Assembly (NCBI GenBank): GCA_012295275.1
Contig: CM022677.1
Location: forward strand, 11,036,001 to 11,100,000
Origin: Chrysomallon squamiferum
Lineage: Eukaryota; Animalia; Mollusca
DNA length: 64,000 bases
Direction of reading: 5' to 3'
Part shown: positions 26,700 to 40,120 of the stretch, one piece after another
Layout of the letters: each line of letters starts with the position of its first letter
Position numbering within the stretch: position 1 is the first letter of the stretch
Translations under genes and position numbers: made by a program
Notes under the pieces: model-generated
What the model was told of the DNA's origin: nothing
Database searches by the model: none
What the model saw: the letters and a program-made list of their open reading frames with translations, nothing else

Positions 26700-27340
26700 G
26701 AGATTATCAGTTATATTATTGAATAAACATGGAATTTCATTCTAGATTAACTTACTTTTTTCAGTGTTTAAAAAAAAAATCTGATATATTCTTAATTACA
26801 TAATTTGATAAATTTGAATTTTAGATTAATCATGTAATTTCATGTAGGGAGAGATGTAAATTGTGTCGCGGAATGTCATGTTACTGCTGTCATAACACAA
26901 AGTATCACATTATGACATTGAAAGGTCACAGTTAATTTTCAGTAATATCAATAATAAATATCAATAATAAATACAGTATTCATCTAGCACTTTACGCCTT
27001 TCTGTATAGTCTTATTATTAATGTTAACACACCACAATTTTTCAGTATATAAGAAGGCGTTTTTCAGGTTTCTCAATAAAAAAAACAACATTAATTCTAA
27101 AAGCTAGGGTTCATTTTAATATTATCGCCGAATAATACAGGAGGAAAATGTATATGCGCAATCTGTATGTGCGTGTGTGTGTGTCCATATCTATTTGTCT
27201 GTATAAAAATATAAAATTATCCTATTTAAATTTATTTTGTGAATATGAAAGTGTAAGAAAAATGCCTTTTGTAAACTGCGAATTTGAAAAAGGACTCAAT
27301 AAATTTATTGAAATGTACGCAAACTAATAAAAACATGTTC
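26700..27340. repeat. Direct duplication; second copy at 32181-32996 with an internal insertion
   Basis: gagattatcagttatattatt…catgtagggagagatgtaaattgtgtcgcggaatgtcatgttactg…gtacgcaaactaataaaaacatgttc is present in both. Confidence 0.92.
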
Positions 27341-28491
27341 TTCCAAAAGTCAAGTAATGATACAAATCGTATTTGAGTATTTACTGAAACATGAAACTTT
27401 GACGTACAGTGTAGTTTCTATGGACAAATTGTTGGACGGAATTTACGTTCTATAAATTAACAAGATTTCAGTTTTATAAATTGAGATTCAACCAAAAATA
27501 GCTTGAAGTATTATGAATACCACTATTTACACTGATTATCTTTAATTGAAATAAATAAATAAATAAATAAATAAATATAATTTTAATTTTAATACCGACT
27601 GTACAATCTATATAATGGATGTTGGATATTAATAGTATGGTATCATTATATATGTATTTGATACGGGCTAGTTTAATCTGATATTTTAAAAGCTTCAGGT
27701 AAGATTGTATTTTTTATGATGCAAAATAGAGGTAAAACATAACAAAACATGACGTTATTTTCACTAAGTATCAATAAACGTCGCTGGTTTTATATATAAA
27801 ATGTGAATTACGTCGCGTTTTAGAAAACAGAAGACTTAGCTTATCTCTGTGAATTTTAATTTTAATGTCGTTTGCTTTGCAAACTCAAATTTTGTGATTC
27901 AAGTAAAGTATAACTTCTCACAGTATTAATTTTTTATTTTCTATTTTTTTGTTGAGAAGAAATTGTAACTCAGTTTAACAGAAAAATATTTCACAACAGA
28001 GGGTTCCCCTGTATATCTGGTCATTAACGTGATGTTTTATTATATTTTCCTCTATTTTGCATCATAACAAATATTGATAATTTCACGTACATTTTATTCT
28101 ACTAGGAGAAATCTTATATAGTTAATATTATACTTTGTAAGTTACATCATAGAAAACATGCCTGTCCTCCAGAACTAGTGTTTTATGAGATATGAGAATA
28201 TTTTCTGTTAGCTAGACGAAATATATCAAATTATTTAATCCTATTAAACCATAACAATAATAGCTTTATTATCAAGTAAATAATAATGTTTCTCCTCCAG
28301 TTATCAGTCAAATTTTACCTGAAGCTTTTAAAATATCAGATTAAACTGCCGCCTTCTCATCTACATAATACTCCTAATATGATATAAATATCCAATCTCC
28401 ACTATTTAAATTGTGCAGTCGGGACTTAAAGACTCCAGCTTAGAAAAAGTATTTTCTAAAATGTACCCAGCGCATTTCCTGGAATTTAAAA

Positions 28492-28985
28492 GTGATATTT
28501 TCTTCTGTACATATCTGGATTGAGAAAAGTCTTGAGAAAGTAAGAACAGAAAAAAATCAGAACGTATCTCGGTTAAAACTTCATGACTATAACATACACG
28601 GTAGAGAATTAGCGGGAGAGATAGAACAAGTTTTAAATTTGACAAACGAACAGTTAATGTTAGCTCGTGGACAAAAACATGCTCCGAACAGAAGGAAAAA
28701 GTATTCAAGTGTATCAAAACTAGGAAAGAAAACAGAAAAAATGCCAGAGTTAAAGAAAAAACAACTTTCGATGCTCTCTGTCGTGGTGAAGACATTATTA
28801 AAGTACGACAGCGACATCGTTTGAAATGTCGCTACCATTACAATATTACAAATCCGCTTCTAATTCTTAAGAATGCTAAAGAAGAGATTCTGTGTTTCTC
28901 ACCGAAAATTGTTCTCTATCGTGATTTTATCAGTGATGCTGAAATTGAAGACATTAAAACAGTTTCTATGCCACTTTTAAAACAT
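28492..28985 (+). pseudogene. P4HA: Intronless prolyl 4-hydroxylase alpha fragment: peptide-substrate-binding (TPR) region plus the start of the catalytic domain
   Basis: HIWIEKSLEK…VSRLKLHDY…GEIEQVLNLTNEQL resembles the P4HA TPR helices. After a frameshift, FDALCRGED…LKCRYHYNITNPLLILKNAKEEILCFSPKIVLYRDFISDAEIEDIK is a hallmark P4HA segment. Confidence 0.88.
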
Positions 28986-29527
28986 CTGAAATCAGTTGTT
29001 ATCAAAAGCAGCTTTTGAAATTAATGTTAAACTTGGAGGTCATGACAGAGAAAGAAAAAAAACATTAAAACATTAAAAAAAAAACAAAAAAACGCAGTCA
29101 TCACTAACATACTTTTCATCCTCTGAAAACTGATATACAATTAACATTTGTAATAAAAAAATAGTCCTGTTTTATGTTATTTTAATCTTTAGAAATCTGC
29201 ACTCTATCTAAAACGGTATATCACGTTGGTCTCAATGAATCATCCGATTTTGACAGCGTCCGCTGTATTTATTTTTATTGTTTATATTTTAATTATTTAT
29301 CACATATTAATAGATACGGTACATTGTTTATTAACAAATTGATATTTGATATTCCTGGAAATACCTACACATTTACATTTATTACTCATTATACAGCTAT
29401 ATACGACGTTTCGTTATCAGCGATTTTCTGTGGTGTGCAGTGACGTACACCGAGAACCCCACAAACAGAAGAAAGAAAGAAACTATAGCTGAAGGGAGAT
29501 TACTCTCATATAATTTTTTTATTTCAG

Positions 29528-29636
29528 GGGGAGGCTGGATTTCTACTTTTATTTGCGGTGTTTGTTATTTATGGTTTTTCTCAGTTAAATGTAGATTCTA
29601 AGAATCACGAAGAGTTGATTTCTTTATTATATACAG
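29528..29636 (+). CDS. Candidate 109-nt exon GEAGFLLLFAVFVIYGFSQLNVDSKNHEELISLLYT (hydrophobic stretch); frameshifted copies at ~4701-4803(-) and ~53988-54095(-)
   Basis: A polypyrimidine tttttttatttcag acceptor, an open frame and a CAG|GTAATG donor. Confidence 0.3.
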
Positions 29637-31264
29637 GTAATGGTAGAATATTACTTTCTTGAAATGTTTTTTGCTTTATTGGGTGTCTTTTCCTGGCGTG
29701 CTGAAATGTTAAATAAAAAATATGAAATTTAATATGTTTTAATATATTTGTGAAATTTCAATTGTACTGTGGTAACATTTCTTTTGATTATTAATATTAA
29801 TGTGTGTGCGTGTCTGTTTAAAACTGTATTAAAAAGTGGTTAAAGTGAATCAAGAAAACGTGACACAATGTAATGAAATAATGAGTCAAGACAAACACAT
29901 TAATGTTGTTAGGATATGAAATGACTAAATACATGAAGATTAACAATGATAAACGATTTTATTACAGCATATTTCTATTGTGTTAGGTCTGTAAAGATAA
30001 AAAGGAGTAAAGGAGGTGACTAGGGAAATGTTTCTCCACCTCAGTGTGGTCAGACAGTCAATGCTGTCATAAAACAGACAGGAACAAATTAATCAAAACA
30101 ATTAACTTACAAATACTCCTTTTTTTACTTTACTAGAATGGTCGCTGTGAAATAAAGTATGATAAACGTTTAAATTTTACATTTGTATTAAAATATATAA
30201 AATTTGACAAAAAATAATTAAATAAATAAAAGCTAATCTGACAGCGGTATACATCGTGCACAAACAAAGAAAAGAACATATTAAAACTTTTCAAGAATAG
30301 TAACACTGGGTAGAAAAGTTTAACAATAAATAAATAAATAAAACCTTTATAATTCATAAGCACTGGATGTAGATGAAAACAATATGTCGTTGTAGCAAAA
30401 CTGAATATCTAATTTCATTCTAATTTTTTATAATGTAATATTATTTCAGTGTTTAAATCGAATTGTCGTCATTTTATTATCTTTATACACCTTTCATATC
30501 TTCTATCATTTACTATTACTTTCTTTTACAACAAAATTTAAAACATAGTTCTGAATTGTTATTTTTTTCGAGATTTAAAATAATTTAAAAGATTATTTTA
30601 ACGACGTTTTTAATTTATCTTGCGTTTTCGTTTTCTTGGATGAATTGGTTCTTTTGCATTCAAAGACGTATCTAAAATAAACCATGTCTATGACCATTTC
30701 AAATGAAATATAATTCAAATATGATTCTTGTCTCACCTTTATCAGTTGGGATTTTAATTCGGTAGCTTTAGAATAAAATAAAATAAAATAAATATAAATG
30801 AATAAATAAAAACAATAAAATAATAAAAAAAGACACACACACGCACGCACACACACACACACACACACAGATACCTAGACTAACATTTATTTTTATAAAT
30901 ACAACAAATCGTAAAACAATCAAATTCTTTTGCTAAAAACTAATGAAATAAGCTATCGTTTTCTTCAAAACGATTGCGTTTTCCAGCAATGGATTTCTAT
31001 TTAAAAATGACGAAATAATGTTCAACTAAAGATTTGCAGTGACGTAGATATATAGTGGCGGGAAATATAAATATGTCGACTAGACATATTTCAGATTCTA
31101 TCTTGAGAAAAGATCAAACCCAGCGTTAGGCCTGTAATTCCCATAAATATTTGTAACTACCGTCAATGTTTTTAGAGATGTATATGCATAATGATGGGAA
31201 ATAGTGGATGCAAAATGGCCTATAGATAAAGGGATTTCAGCAGTTGTTATCTACACAAAAATAT

Positions 31265-31313
<49 letters not shown>

Positions 31314-34300
31314 GACACACAAACATCATCATTTATATATGTGATTGTTTTTATGTATTTATGCATATATTTGGAAGTAGAAATCGTGTTAGCTTTGTAA
31401 TTTTATTTTATTTTAAAAAATAATCATTTTCTAATTTCATTAGAATTTATTTAATCTGTATAAGAGAGTGCTTTGTCCGGTTGGATATTGAAGCATTCGG
31501 TATTGTACAGAAATACTTTGTATCATATTTTGTATACACAAGAATGTATATCGCCAAATATAACAATTAAATCTGCTTTTTTAACTATCAAAGACGTTGT
31601 ATGAAATGTTCTGTTACGGTTGTCATCGTTCGCAAAAGTTAAATTATTATTATTATTATTACTATTATTATTATTATTATTATATACATACTAGTGGTAA
31701 TATAGATGAAAATTATTAATTAATTAATGTATTTATTTATTATTATTATTTTTTAAATTAATCATGTAGACTGTCTAAAACCTTTTTATGAGGATGCTTA
31801 TGATCTACCTTTTATTTTTTGATTTTGCCTTGAAAGTGAACACCTTCCAGTATTTCTTATGTTTAATGTATTTATTTCTAATGCAGGAAAATTTGAACAT
31901 GAACAGAAGTTTAAATGTCTAACAACAAATATAAAGAAAGCTAACAAAGGGTTGAGAAATGGAAAAATGATCAGTTAATTTTACTTGAATTCTTTCATTT
32001 GTCACCAGTAATCTATGTTTAATTACAACGGGAAGGTCTACGTTGTTCAAGGCCAGCGAGAGACGTCCTGTCCGTCTCTTTACAATAATCTCTTACGTCT
32101 ACAAATCGTGCTGGGGATGGGTATTGAAATTGTAAGTTTCAAAACGTCTTTTATTTATTTGAGAACTTAAAATTACTTTAGAGATTATCAGTTATATTAT
32201 TAAATAAACATGGTATTTCATTCCTGATTAAGTTAATTTTCTCAGTGTTTTAAAAATAATCTGATATATTCTTAATTACATAATTTGATAAATTTGAATG
32301 TTAGATTAATCATGTAATTTCATGTAGGGAGAGATGTAAATTGTGTCGCGGAATGTCATGTTACTGGTCATAAAACAAAGTATCACATTCTGACACTGAA
32401 AGGTGCACGGTTAATTTTCAGTAAATTCAATACAATAGTAAATACAGTATTCATCTAGTACTTCACGCGTTTCTGTATAGTCTTATTACTGTTAATAATA
32501 AAATAACGTATTATTAAAGACCATAATTTTTCAGTATATAAATACATTAATTTTTGGGGGAAAAAAATATAATATTAATATTAATAGTCGTTTATAATAA
32601 AATATTTCCTTTTTCTGAAGCCTAGAATTGTTTTTGATCAGAGGACTGATAAATTCATAATAAACAACAACAAAATTCGGTCGATCTGTTTTGTCATATA
32701 AACGGCCGTAATGTTAGCTGAAGGCGTTTTTCAGGTTTCTGAATAAAGACCAAACATTCAATCTAAAACCAAGGGTTTATTTTAATGTTACCACCGAGAA
32801 ATGTAGGAGGAAAATGTATATACGCAATCTGTATGGGTGTGTGTGTGTGTCCATATGTATCTGTCTGTATAAAAATGTTAAATTATCCTAATTTATTTTG
32901 TGAATTTATAAAGAAAAATATTTTTTGTAAATTGCGAATGTGAAAAAGGACTCAGTATTTTTATTGAAATGTACGCAAACTAATAAAAACATGTTCCTTA
33001 TACCAGTTCAGGTTTTTTGTTTTAGGATTACTGTTACAGAAATGTATCAACATTATTAATTATAACATCTAAACAACAAGTGTAAGTTAAATAGATATTT
33101 CTCTGTACAGAAGACAGCAGGTACAGATCTAGGGTGTGGTATGTTAACATATTTGTGAGATGAGAAAATACCCCAAATGTTCTCTTGTTCCTCTACCATA
33201 TAAACACTTTGTTTCTCTCTTTCTCTCACACACTGCCTGAAATAAAAAATAAACAGTTACCAAGTAAAAGTTCTCAAAGAGATAGTCATAGAATTTTATG
33301 GTAGTTTTAAAGAAGAAAAAGAGAGAGACAACGATGAAGACAGCAAGAAAGATACAATGAGAGAGAGAGAAAAAATAAGGAAGATGATCAAAGAGAAAGA
33401 AATAAGAATGTTTAGTCAACAAAAGATTGTAAAGGGGGCCCGCATTATATATATATATATATATTTTTTTTTTTTTTAATATTTTTTTTACTGTATCAGT
33501 TTTCTGAGTAAAGACCAAACTTCAATTTTAAAAGCAAGGATTCATCTTAATATTATCCCCGAAAAATACAGGAGTAAAATGTCAAAAAATAAATAGATGA
33601 GTATTTTAAAGATGTTCTTTGATTCAAATGGAAATTTTTATATTGAAGACAGCGAGAAAAATATAATGAGAGAGATAAAAAAAATAAGGTAGATGATCAA
33701 AGAGAATGAAATAAAAGTGAAACCGAAAAGGTACAAAAAACCAACAACATTCTGTCTTTTACCTGAGACTGTGTACAAACTGATAAAGTTCCTCACTTAT
33801 TACAATCAATCATTAATCATTCTGCTGTGATAATACAAAAAACAATCTCTTATAATACATTTTTAAAGAAAGGCTCAATTTTCGTTGTTGTTTTTTTGAC
33901 CTGCCACATCCAAAATATTACTTCCTTTCCTGTCAGAGTATGAAGACGTTCATTAAAAAATAAAAATAATAAAAATTAATATTAAGAAATTAAAATAAAA
34001 TGAAATCCGAGTGAAATATTCGATAAAAGAACACACACACAAAGACACATGCACTTGGACACATTTTGTGTATGGTTAATCTTTAAACTAACAGGCCTCA
34101 GCTTATATTCAGAATTAATTATGAATTACTACACTGTTTAACCAATATTTTAACTAGCACTATTTTCAGAAAATATCTAAAATGTGCTTAGACTATATTT
34201 TATTTTACTGAATATCAGCTAAAAACAGTTGTTAGCAAAGATTATAATAATCAAATACACTTTAATATCATAAAAATATCACTATTTTATTTTATTTTGT

Positions 34301-34904
34301 TTATTATTATTATTATTATTATTATTATTTATTTTATTTTTTTCAGTTTTTGCTGGGGTTTGTGACGTCAATTAAGCGCTGTATTGACGTTCCTACACAA
34401 AGTAGCTGAAAATTTAGTAAACAAACGTTCGTATTCTTATAATCTTTTAAAGTCACTTCATCTGCTGAAACTGATAATTTAATAAGGTAAGAGTTTCTTC
34501 ACCATGTAAGAAATATCAGATTCTTGTAGCCCTATTCTTGGAGTATCAAGCATTCATGCAACAGTGCTAGAACAGTTTTGGAAAATTCACTAATCGTAAC
34601 CAGTCATCCGACAAACGTCAGCCATTTTTTTCTTTTTTCTGTTCCGTATAATTACAATATCAATCCAAGGTCGACTGAGTAGAGATCGGATACATAACTG
34701 GTCAATCCTTATCACTTACTAGATGTAAATCTTCTAATTGTTTGAAACACAATAGTAATTAATTGACCAAGGAAAAAATATTGTCAGTGCTTGATTAGAC
34801 AATAAATAATAATTTTGTTCAGTTCGAGATGAATGTTATTCACTTTGTTAGTAACTACACATTTTTGTCATCTTTAATTTTACTTACAGACAAATAATGA
34901 TTAA

Positions 34905-34935
<31 letters not shown>

Positions 34936-35496
34936 GAAAATAATGCTGTTTTAGTTATTATCAGCTGCATTTTACAGTATTATATTTTTTCCAGAACTTT
35001 CATTTATCAACTTCTTTTTTTCAGCTGTTCTGTCATGGTGTCAGTAGCAGTGAGGTGAGTACTTTTCTTAATTTGTCTTTTGAATGAGAAACATTTGGGG
35101 CAGTTAATTATTTTAATTATAATCTTTCTTTGTTTTCAAGTATTTTTTATTGAAATTCTCTTAACTCCAGGTTTACATTTGAACTTTTGTATAAAATCGG
35201 GATACAATTTCACAAAAAAAACAGAATATTAAAAATAGTTCCAACTGAAACATAAATCAGAATTACATGACAAATAATGTTTTTAAAAATGAAAAAGAAA
35301 CAATCTTTTAATTGGTAATTATAACAAATGTGTTTAGTTAAGTAAGTTTAATTATTGTGTTTCATATACAAGTGTTTCAGAGTACTACTGGTGATGTAGA
35401 TGTGAAAATTCTTCATGAAGCCTGTCTCCATTACCAGATTGGCAGCCATGTTCCAGCTTGATTCAGAAAAAAGGCAGTTGATAAATATGTATTTAA

Positions 35497-35546
<50 letters not shown>

Positions 35547-38058
35547 CTGTTAAGCAATCACTGACTGAAACAAAACAAAAAATAATAAAAAGAAAGAAAT
35601 AGAAAACTATAGAATTTGAATAAGGAAAAATAACAAAGAAGAAAATAAAACATTTTCAAAAATACGTTATAAAATATGCACAAGATGAACATATGGTTGC
35701 AATGATGGCTTGGATTTCATGTGATGTCTTTCTCTACTTCCATTTGAAAAAAGAAAATTAAGTGATGCATAAAACATTCTTATAACATTGTTGTCTTTCT
35801 TATTGTCTTTGTATAGTTATTAATTGTAGTAGTTGTTTAAAAATTAAATTACATTCATTTTTACTGAGGGGAATGAGAGAGAACTACATTTGGATGTTTA
35901 GTATAATTTTGTATATTGAAACTGTAATGTGGATGTTTAATATCATGCACTGCCTGTTTTTTCTTTCAGTACCAGTTCTGGATTACAACAAAAACATCTC
36001 TTTGATGACAGGTGCCAACAAAAAGGAACAAAGTCTGTACTAGTAGTAACAGCTTGTTGTTGTTGATGATGATGCTGTTTTGTTCTGGTTATGGAAATAT
36101 TTGAAACTGTCAGCCCCTATGCTTTATATAACTTTTTATTTTTAGTATTTTTGTTTTGTACAGTAGGTGCAAAGAGAATATGCAAGATTGAATATGCAAC
36201 TGTTGTGTTGCAGGTACCAAAATTAAAATATCAAAACACTTTCAGACATCTTAATCTCTTTCTCTTTATTTTCTGCGAAAGTTAAGTATTTTCAAAATGT
36301 TCACACTAGCTAATTCATCTCTGAAAGTAGTGTTTTATATGTGTTTCTTTTTATATTTCAAAATCTTCAGACAGTTAGTACAACACTGACAATCAAAACA
36401 ATATAATATTTCAAAAAAATCCACAATTTGAAAAGCTTACAGCATTGTTAAATGTGACATTCTAATTTCATTTTTATTTTTAAAATTCTTCATAAAATGT
36501 TTCTAACGCATTCTAAAAACCGTTCAATGTCACTTCATCTGCTGAGAGTGGTAATGTAATAAGGTAAGAGTTTCATCATGTATATTGGATAGAGGATCCT
36601 TGTCTCCTTAATCTTTGAGTATCTGCAATTTCAAATAATTTTTGTTAAATGGTCAAATGATAAAATTACAAAAATATGAAATGTAATCATTTATAATGAT
36701 TATTAAACCCACTGGAAATTTTTCATTGCTTGCACCCGTTGTCTGCCCAGTTCTGATATTTTTGAGTCACATAACGGCAGGAAGTGTGCAACCTGTGCAT
36801 ATCTATTGTTGATGGTTGTTAGATGGAAAGACAATATTTGTATAGCCAAATACTATCACAAGTGCCATACAGTTTTCAGGTTCATGGCTGTTGGTATTAA
36901 AATTATGATTACCATTATCTGATGAATAATGTAATCCAGTATAAGAATAGGTGAACAGTTTCCAGAACCCAAGTGCTCTTTGAGAATTCTGAAACTTTTG
37001 TTGTAGAACAAGGTTGCTGAATTTGTATGCTGGATGGTTGATGTCTGGAATGGTTGCATGATAACTGTTGTTCTTGGCAAGGCTGTGTAATTTAACTTTC
37101 TTGTCTGTGCTGTTCTGCTTGGTTTTGTTTTGTAGCCGTATCCAAAGAAAGGTGCCGATTTTTTGGCTGCTGGTGTTTCTTGTTCACCAATGAACAGTGG
37201 CTTCTACTTCAGTCAGAGGCTTTTGACTTAAAGTATGAGTTTAGGACTAATGTAAATATTATAATTAACTTTCAGTTTGCATTGTATAACTTTAAACAAA
37301 TATGTTTTTTTATTGAACTGAAAGCAACAAAAATACAGGATAATTATTTAATACGCCTTAAAAGAAAAGATTAGAAACAAGGTAGACCTTTAATAAAACA
37401 ATTTATTTATGTCAACTTAAATCTAACATTGAAAAATGACTCTTCTGAAAAACTGTACAATTTTAATCAATGATCCCAGAATCATTTCCAGAAGATTCAT
37501 AAATGCACATTTTGTAAATATCCATTCTTTGTTTAATCACTGATCAGATGGTTCTGCCAACTTCGACATCTCTTAATACAATTACATCATGAACTGGAGA
37601 ATGTTTTGAGTCTTCTGTCAGTATGTCGCTGCTCTCTGTCTCATATATCTGATAATTTTAACATGCACTTCTGTATGTAATTCATTATTATTATTATTAT
37701 TTTCTTCTTTTGTTACTGTCCACAAACATAGTATTGGTATTTTATTACTATTTGAAGATGTTATTTTCTCTTTGATGAAATGACAGCCAGAAAAATCTTG
37801 TTTGTCAAAATCGTTAATTGATGTAAATCATTCCTGTTGTCTTTCATAAAATTCTTCTCCTTCCACTGATAACTCTAAAGATGTGGTGTTCTACTTTATC
37901 CCTGACATTTCATAAAGTGGACACTGAAATATTTGATAATTATTTTAACAATAATTTTAGTCATTTGTTTTTTTCTATGTGATCATATTGAAACCAGTGA
38001 TATACATATTTATATATCATTAACACATTTTTTTATACTGTTTTATTTTATCTCTTAC

Positions 38059-38130
38059 CTGATGTAGTGGCTTTCCTAGGTGAATTTCAGAGCTAGAATT
38101 GTTTTCAGTAATTTCTTGTGAGAAGTAGCC
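38059..38130 (-). pseudogene. Candidate downstream exon of the repeat/RING gene remnant
   Basis: A ttcatag acceptor, a CAG|GTAAGA donor and 72 nt with one open frame (GYFSQEITENNSSSEIHLGKPLHQ). Confidence 0.25.
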
Positions 38131-39089
38131 CTATGAAAACATATTTAGTGGAAAAGATAATATGATAATAAACAAGGGAATGGGAAAAATGTTTATGCAG
38201 ATTTTTGTGATGAACACTTTCCCTATATGCACTACCTCATAGAAAATTAAAGACTGGCATTCAAAGCAATCATAGCGAAATTTCATGTTTGTTAAAATTG
38301 ATACTATAAAACAATACACATTCATTCATCTTTTTCTTTTTTTAAAGTAATTTTATTATTGATTGGCATCTGAAACAGTGAAAAAGAATAAAATCTCGTT
38401 TCTCATATATTTTCCAGTTTATAGCATAACATCTCAAATTTAATCTTTTCGAAATTTCAGCACATCAACGTTCCCAGTTAACAAAAAAAAACTGAATTTC
38501 AGTTCTTCAATATTCCCTATTAATAAGAAAACAGAATTTAAACTTCAATATTTAAAATCAGAATTTGAACCACTTTATCAGTGTTTTTTGATTAGTTTGG
38601 TTGTCCAGGGCAGATATTACCAACTTCATATAAATATTTTACAAATAAATATCTGCATTCTATTACTATCATCACCGTCATCATCATCACTGTTTTATTC
38701 TACATTATCATCATCATCATCATCATCATGACATCTTTTACATCATGATCATCATCACTGCCATTTTCTACGTCAACATCGTCATCATCATCCCATTATT
38801 ATTATTACTATGAACATAAGAATAAGAACTTTTTGAAATAGTTAAGTTCAGCCATAGCAGCAGAATAAAATATATAGTAGAATATATAGATGAATAAATA
38901 TTTCTATTTTTGATCAGTAGAACAAAAATAAAAAAAACAGATGGATACCAGCTGAAGGAAAACTAATACACCTAGTGATGTTGTAAGGCTTCAAATATTA
39001 CTCATATCCTAGTAGAAGACAAAATTCTATTAGCAAAGAAGTTTTTCCAAAACAGAGAAGTAAATATACGACTAATAACAGACTGATTG

Positions 39090-39350
39090 TTAATGTGTCC
39101 AGCTGGAAAATTTCGTCCGACTTTCCTGACTCTGAGACCTGGCAATTTCCATTTCTTGTGGTGTGCACGATGATGGTGAATCTTTCAGAGCAAACTGGAC
39201 AATTTATTCTGCTTCTAGACCACCTCAACAAACAGCTGAAAAAACCCCTCATGTAAACACGAGTCTTCATGACATCCACCATCCTCTGCTTTCCGTTTTC
39301 TAGATGTTGATATCTCTGGTCCTCCACATGATGTTTCTCCAGAGTAACTT
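39090..39350 (-). pseudogene. Degenerate exon with the C-terminal half of a RING-HC finger (Topors-like spacing)
   Basis: DSCLHE[frameshift]GFFSCLLRWSRSRINCPVCSERFTIIVH fits C-x-H-x-F-C-x2-C-x3-W-x6-CP-x-C. The first CxxC is missing and one Cys is mutated. Confidence 0.6.
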
Positions 39351-39415
39351 TCTGAAATTATATTTTTTATAGTTTGAACTATTTCTATTTTTATTTTATT
39401 TTATTTGCAGTAAAC

Positions 39416-40120
39416 TTGATTCAGCAATGGTGAGTGATGCTGATGTTGATGTCCCTGAAATTTCTCCTTGTGATGTTTCTCCAGAGTCACTTTCGGAAGA
39501 CATTCAAACTTTTGGAGGCTTCTCCGGGCATTCATCATCCTCTGCTTTCCGTTTCCTAGATGTTGATGACCCTGGTCTTTCTCCACGTGATGTTTCTCCT
39601 GAGTTACATTTTGTAGTTTCAGACTGTTGTATTGATTTAGCAGTGGTGGGCGATGCTGATGTTGATTTCCTTGGTCTTTCTCCACGTGATGTTTCTCCTG
39701 AGTCACATTTTGAAGTTTCAGACTGTTGTATTGATTTAGCAGTGGTGGTTGATGCTGATGTTGATGTTCTTGGTCTTTCTCCAAGTGATGTTTCTCCAGA
39801 GTCACATTTTGAAGTTTCAGACTGTTGTATTGATTTAGCAGTGGTGGTTGATGCTGATGTTGATGTCCTTGGTCTTTCTCCAAGTGATGTTTCTCCAGAG
39901 TCACATTTTGAAGTTTCAGACTGTTGTGTTGCTTCCGCAGTGGTGGTTGATGCTGATCTTGATGTTCTTGGTCTTTCTCCACGTGATGTTTCTCCTGAGT
40001 CACTTTCGGAAGACTTTAGAACTGTTGGAGTCTTCTCCGGGCATTCATCATCCTGTGCTTTCCGTTTCCTAGAGGTTGATGTCCCTGGTTCTCCACATGA
40101 TATTTCTCCAGAGTAACTTT
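39416..40120 (-). CDS. Exon-like open frame encoding Ser/Thr-rich 33-aa repeats (SGETSLGERPRTSTSASTTTAKSIQQSETSKCD) with RKRK motifs
   Basis: An atttcag acceptor at 40121-40122. The 99-bp periodicity has anchors at 39622, 39721, 39820 and 39919. This frame lacks a start codon, so the ORF track missed it. Confidence 0.5.

Noticed and set aside
36856-37230. GC-elevated, coding-like minus-strand stretch
   Set aside because: No recognisable motif and no splice model I can support. It may be a further decayed exon of the RING remnant.
39427-40116. 229-aa plus-strand ORF (DVSPESHFEVSDCC repeats) and 200-aa His/Gln-rich minus-strand ORF
   Set aside because: They are probably shadow frames of a stop-poor 99-bp repeat. 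The splice acceptor and the adjacent RING remnant favour a third, minus-strand frame. Not fully excluded.
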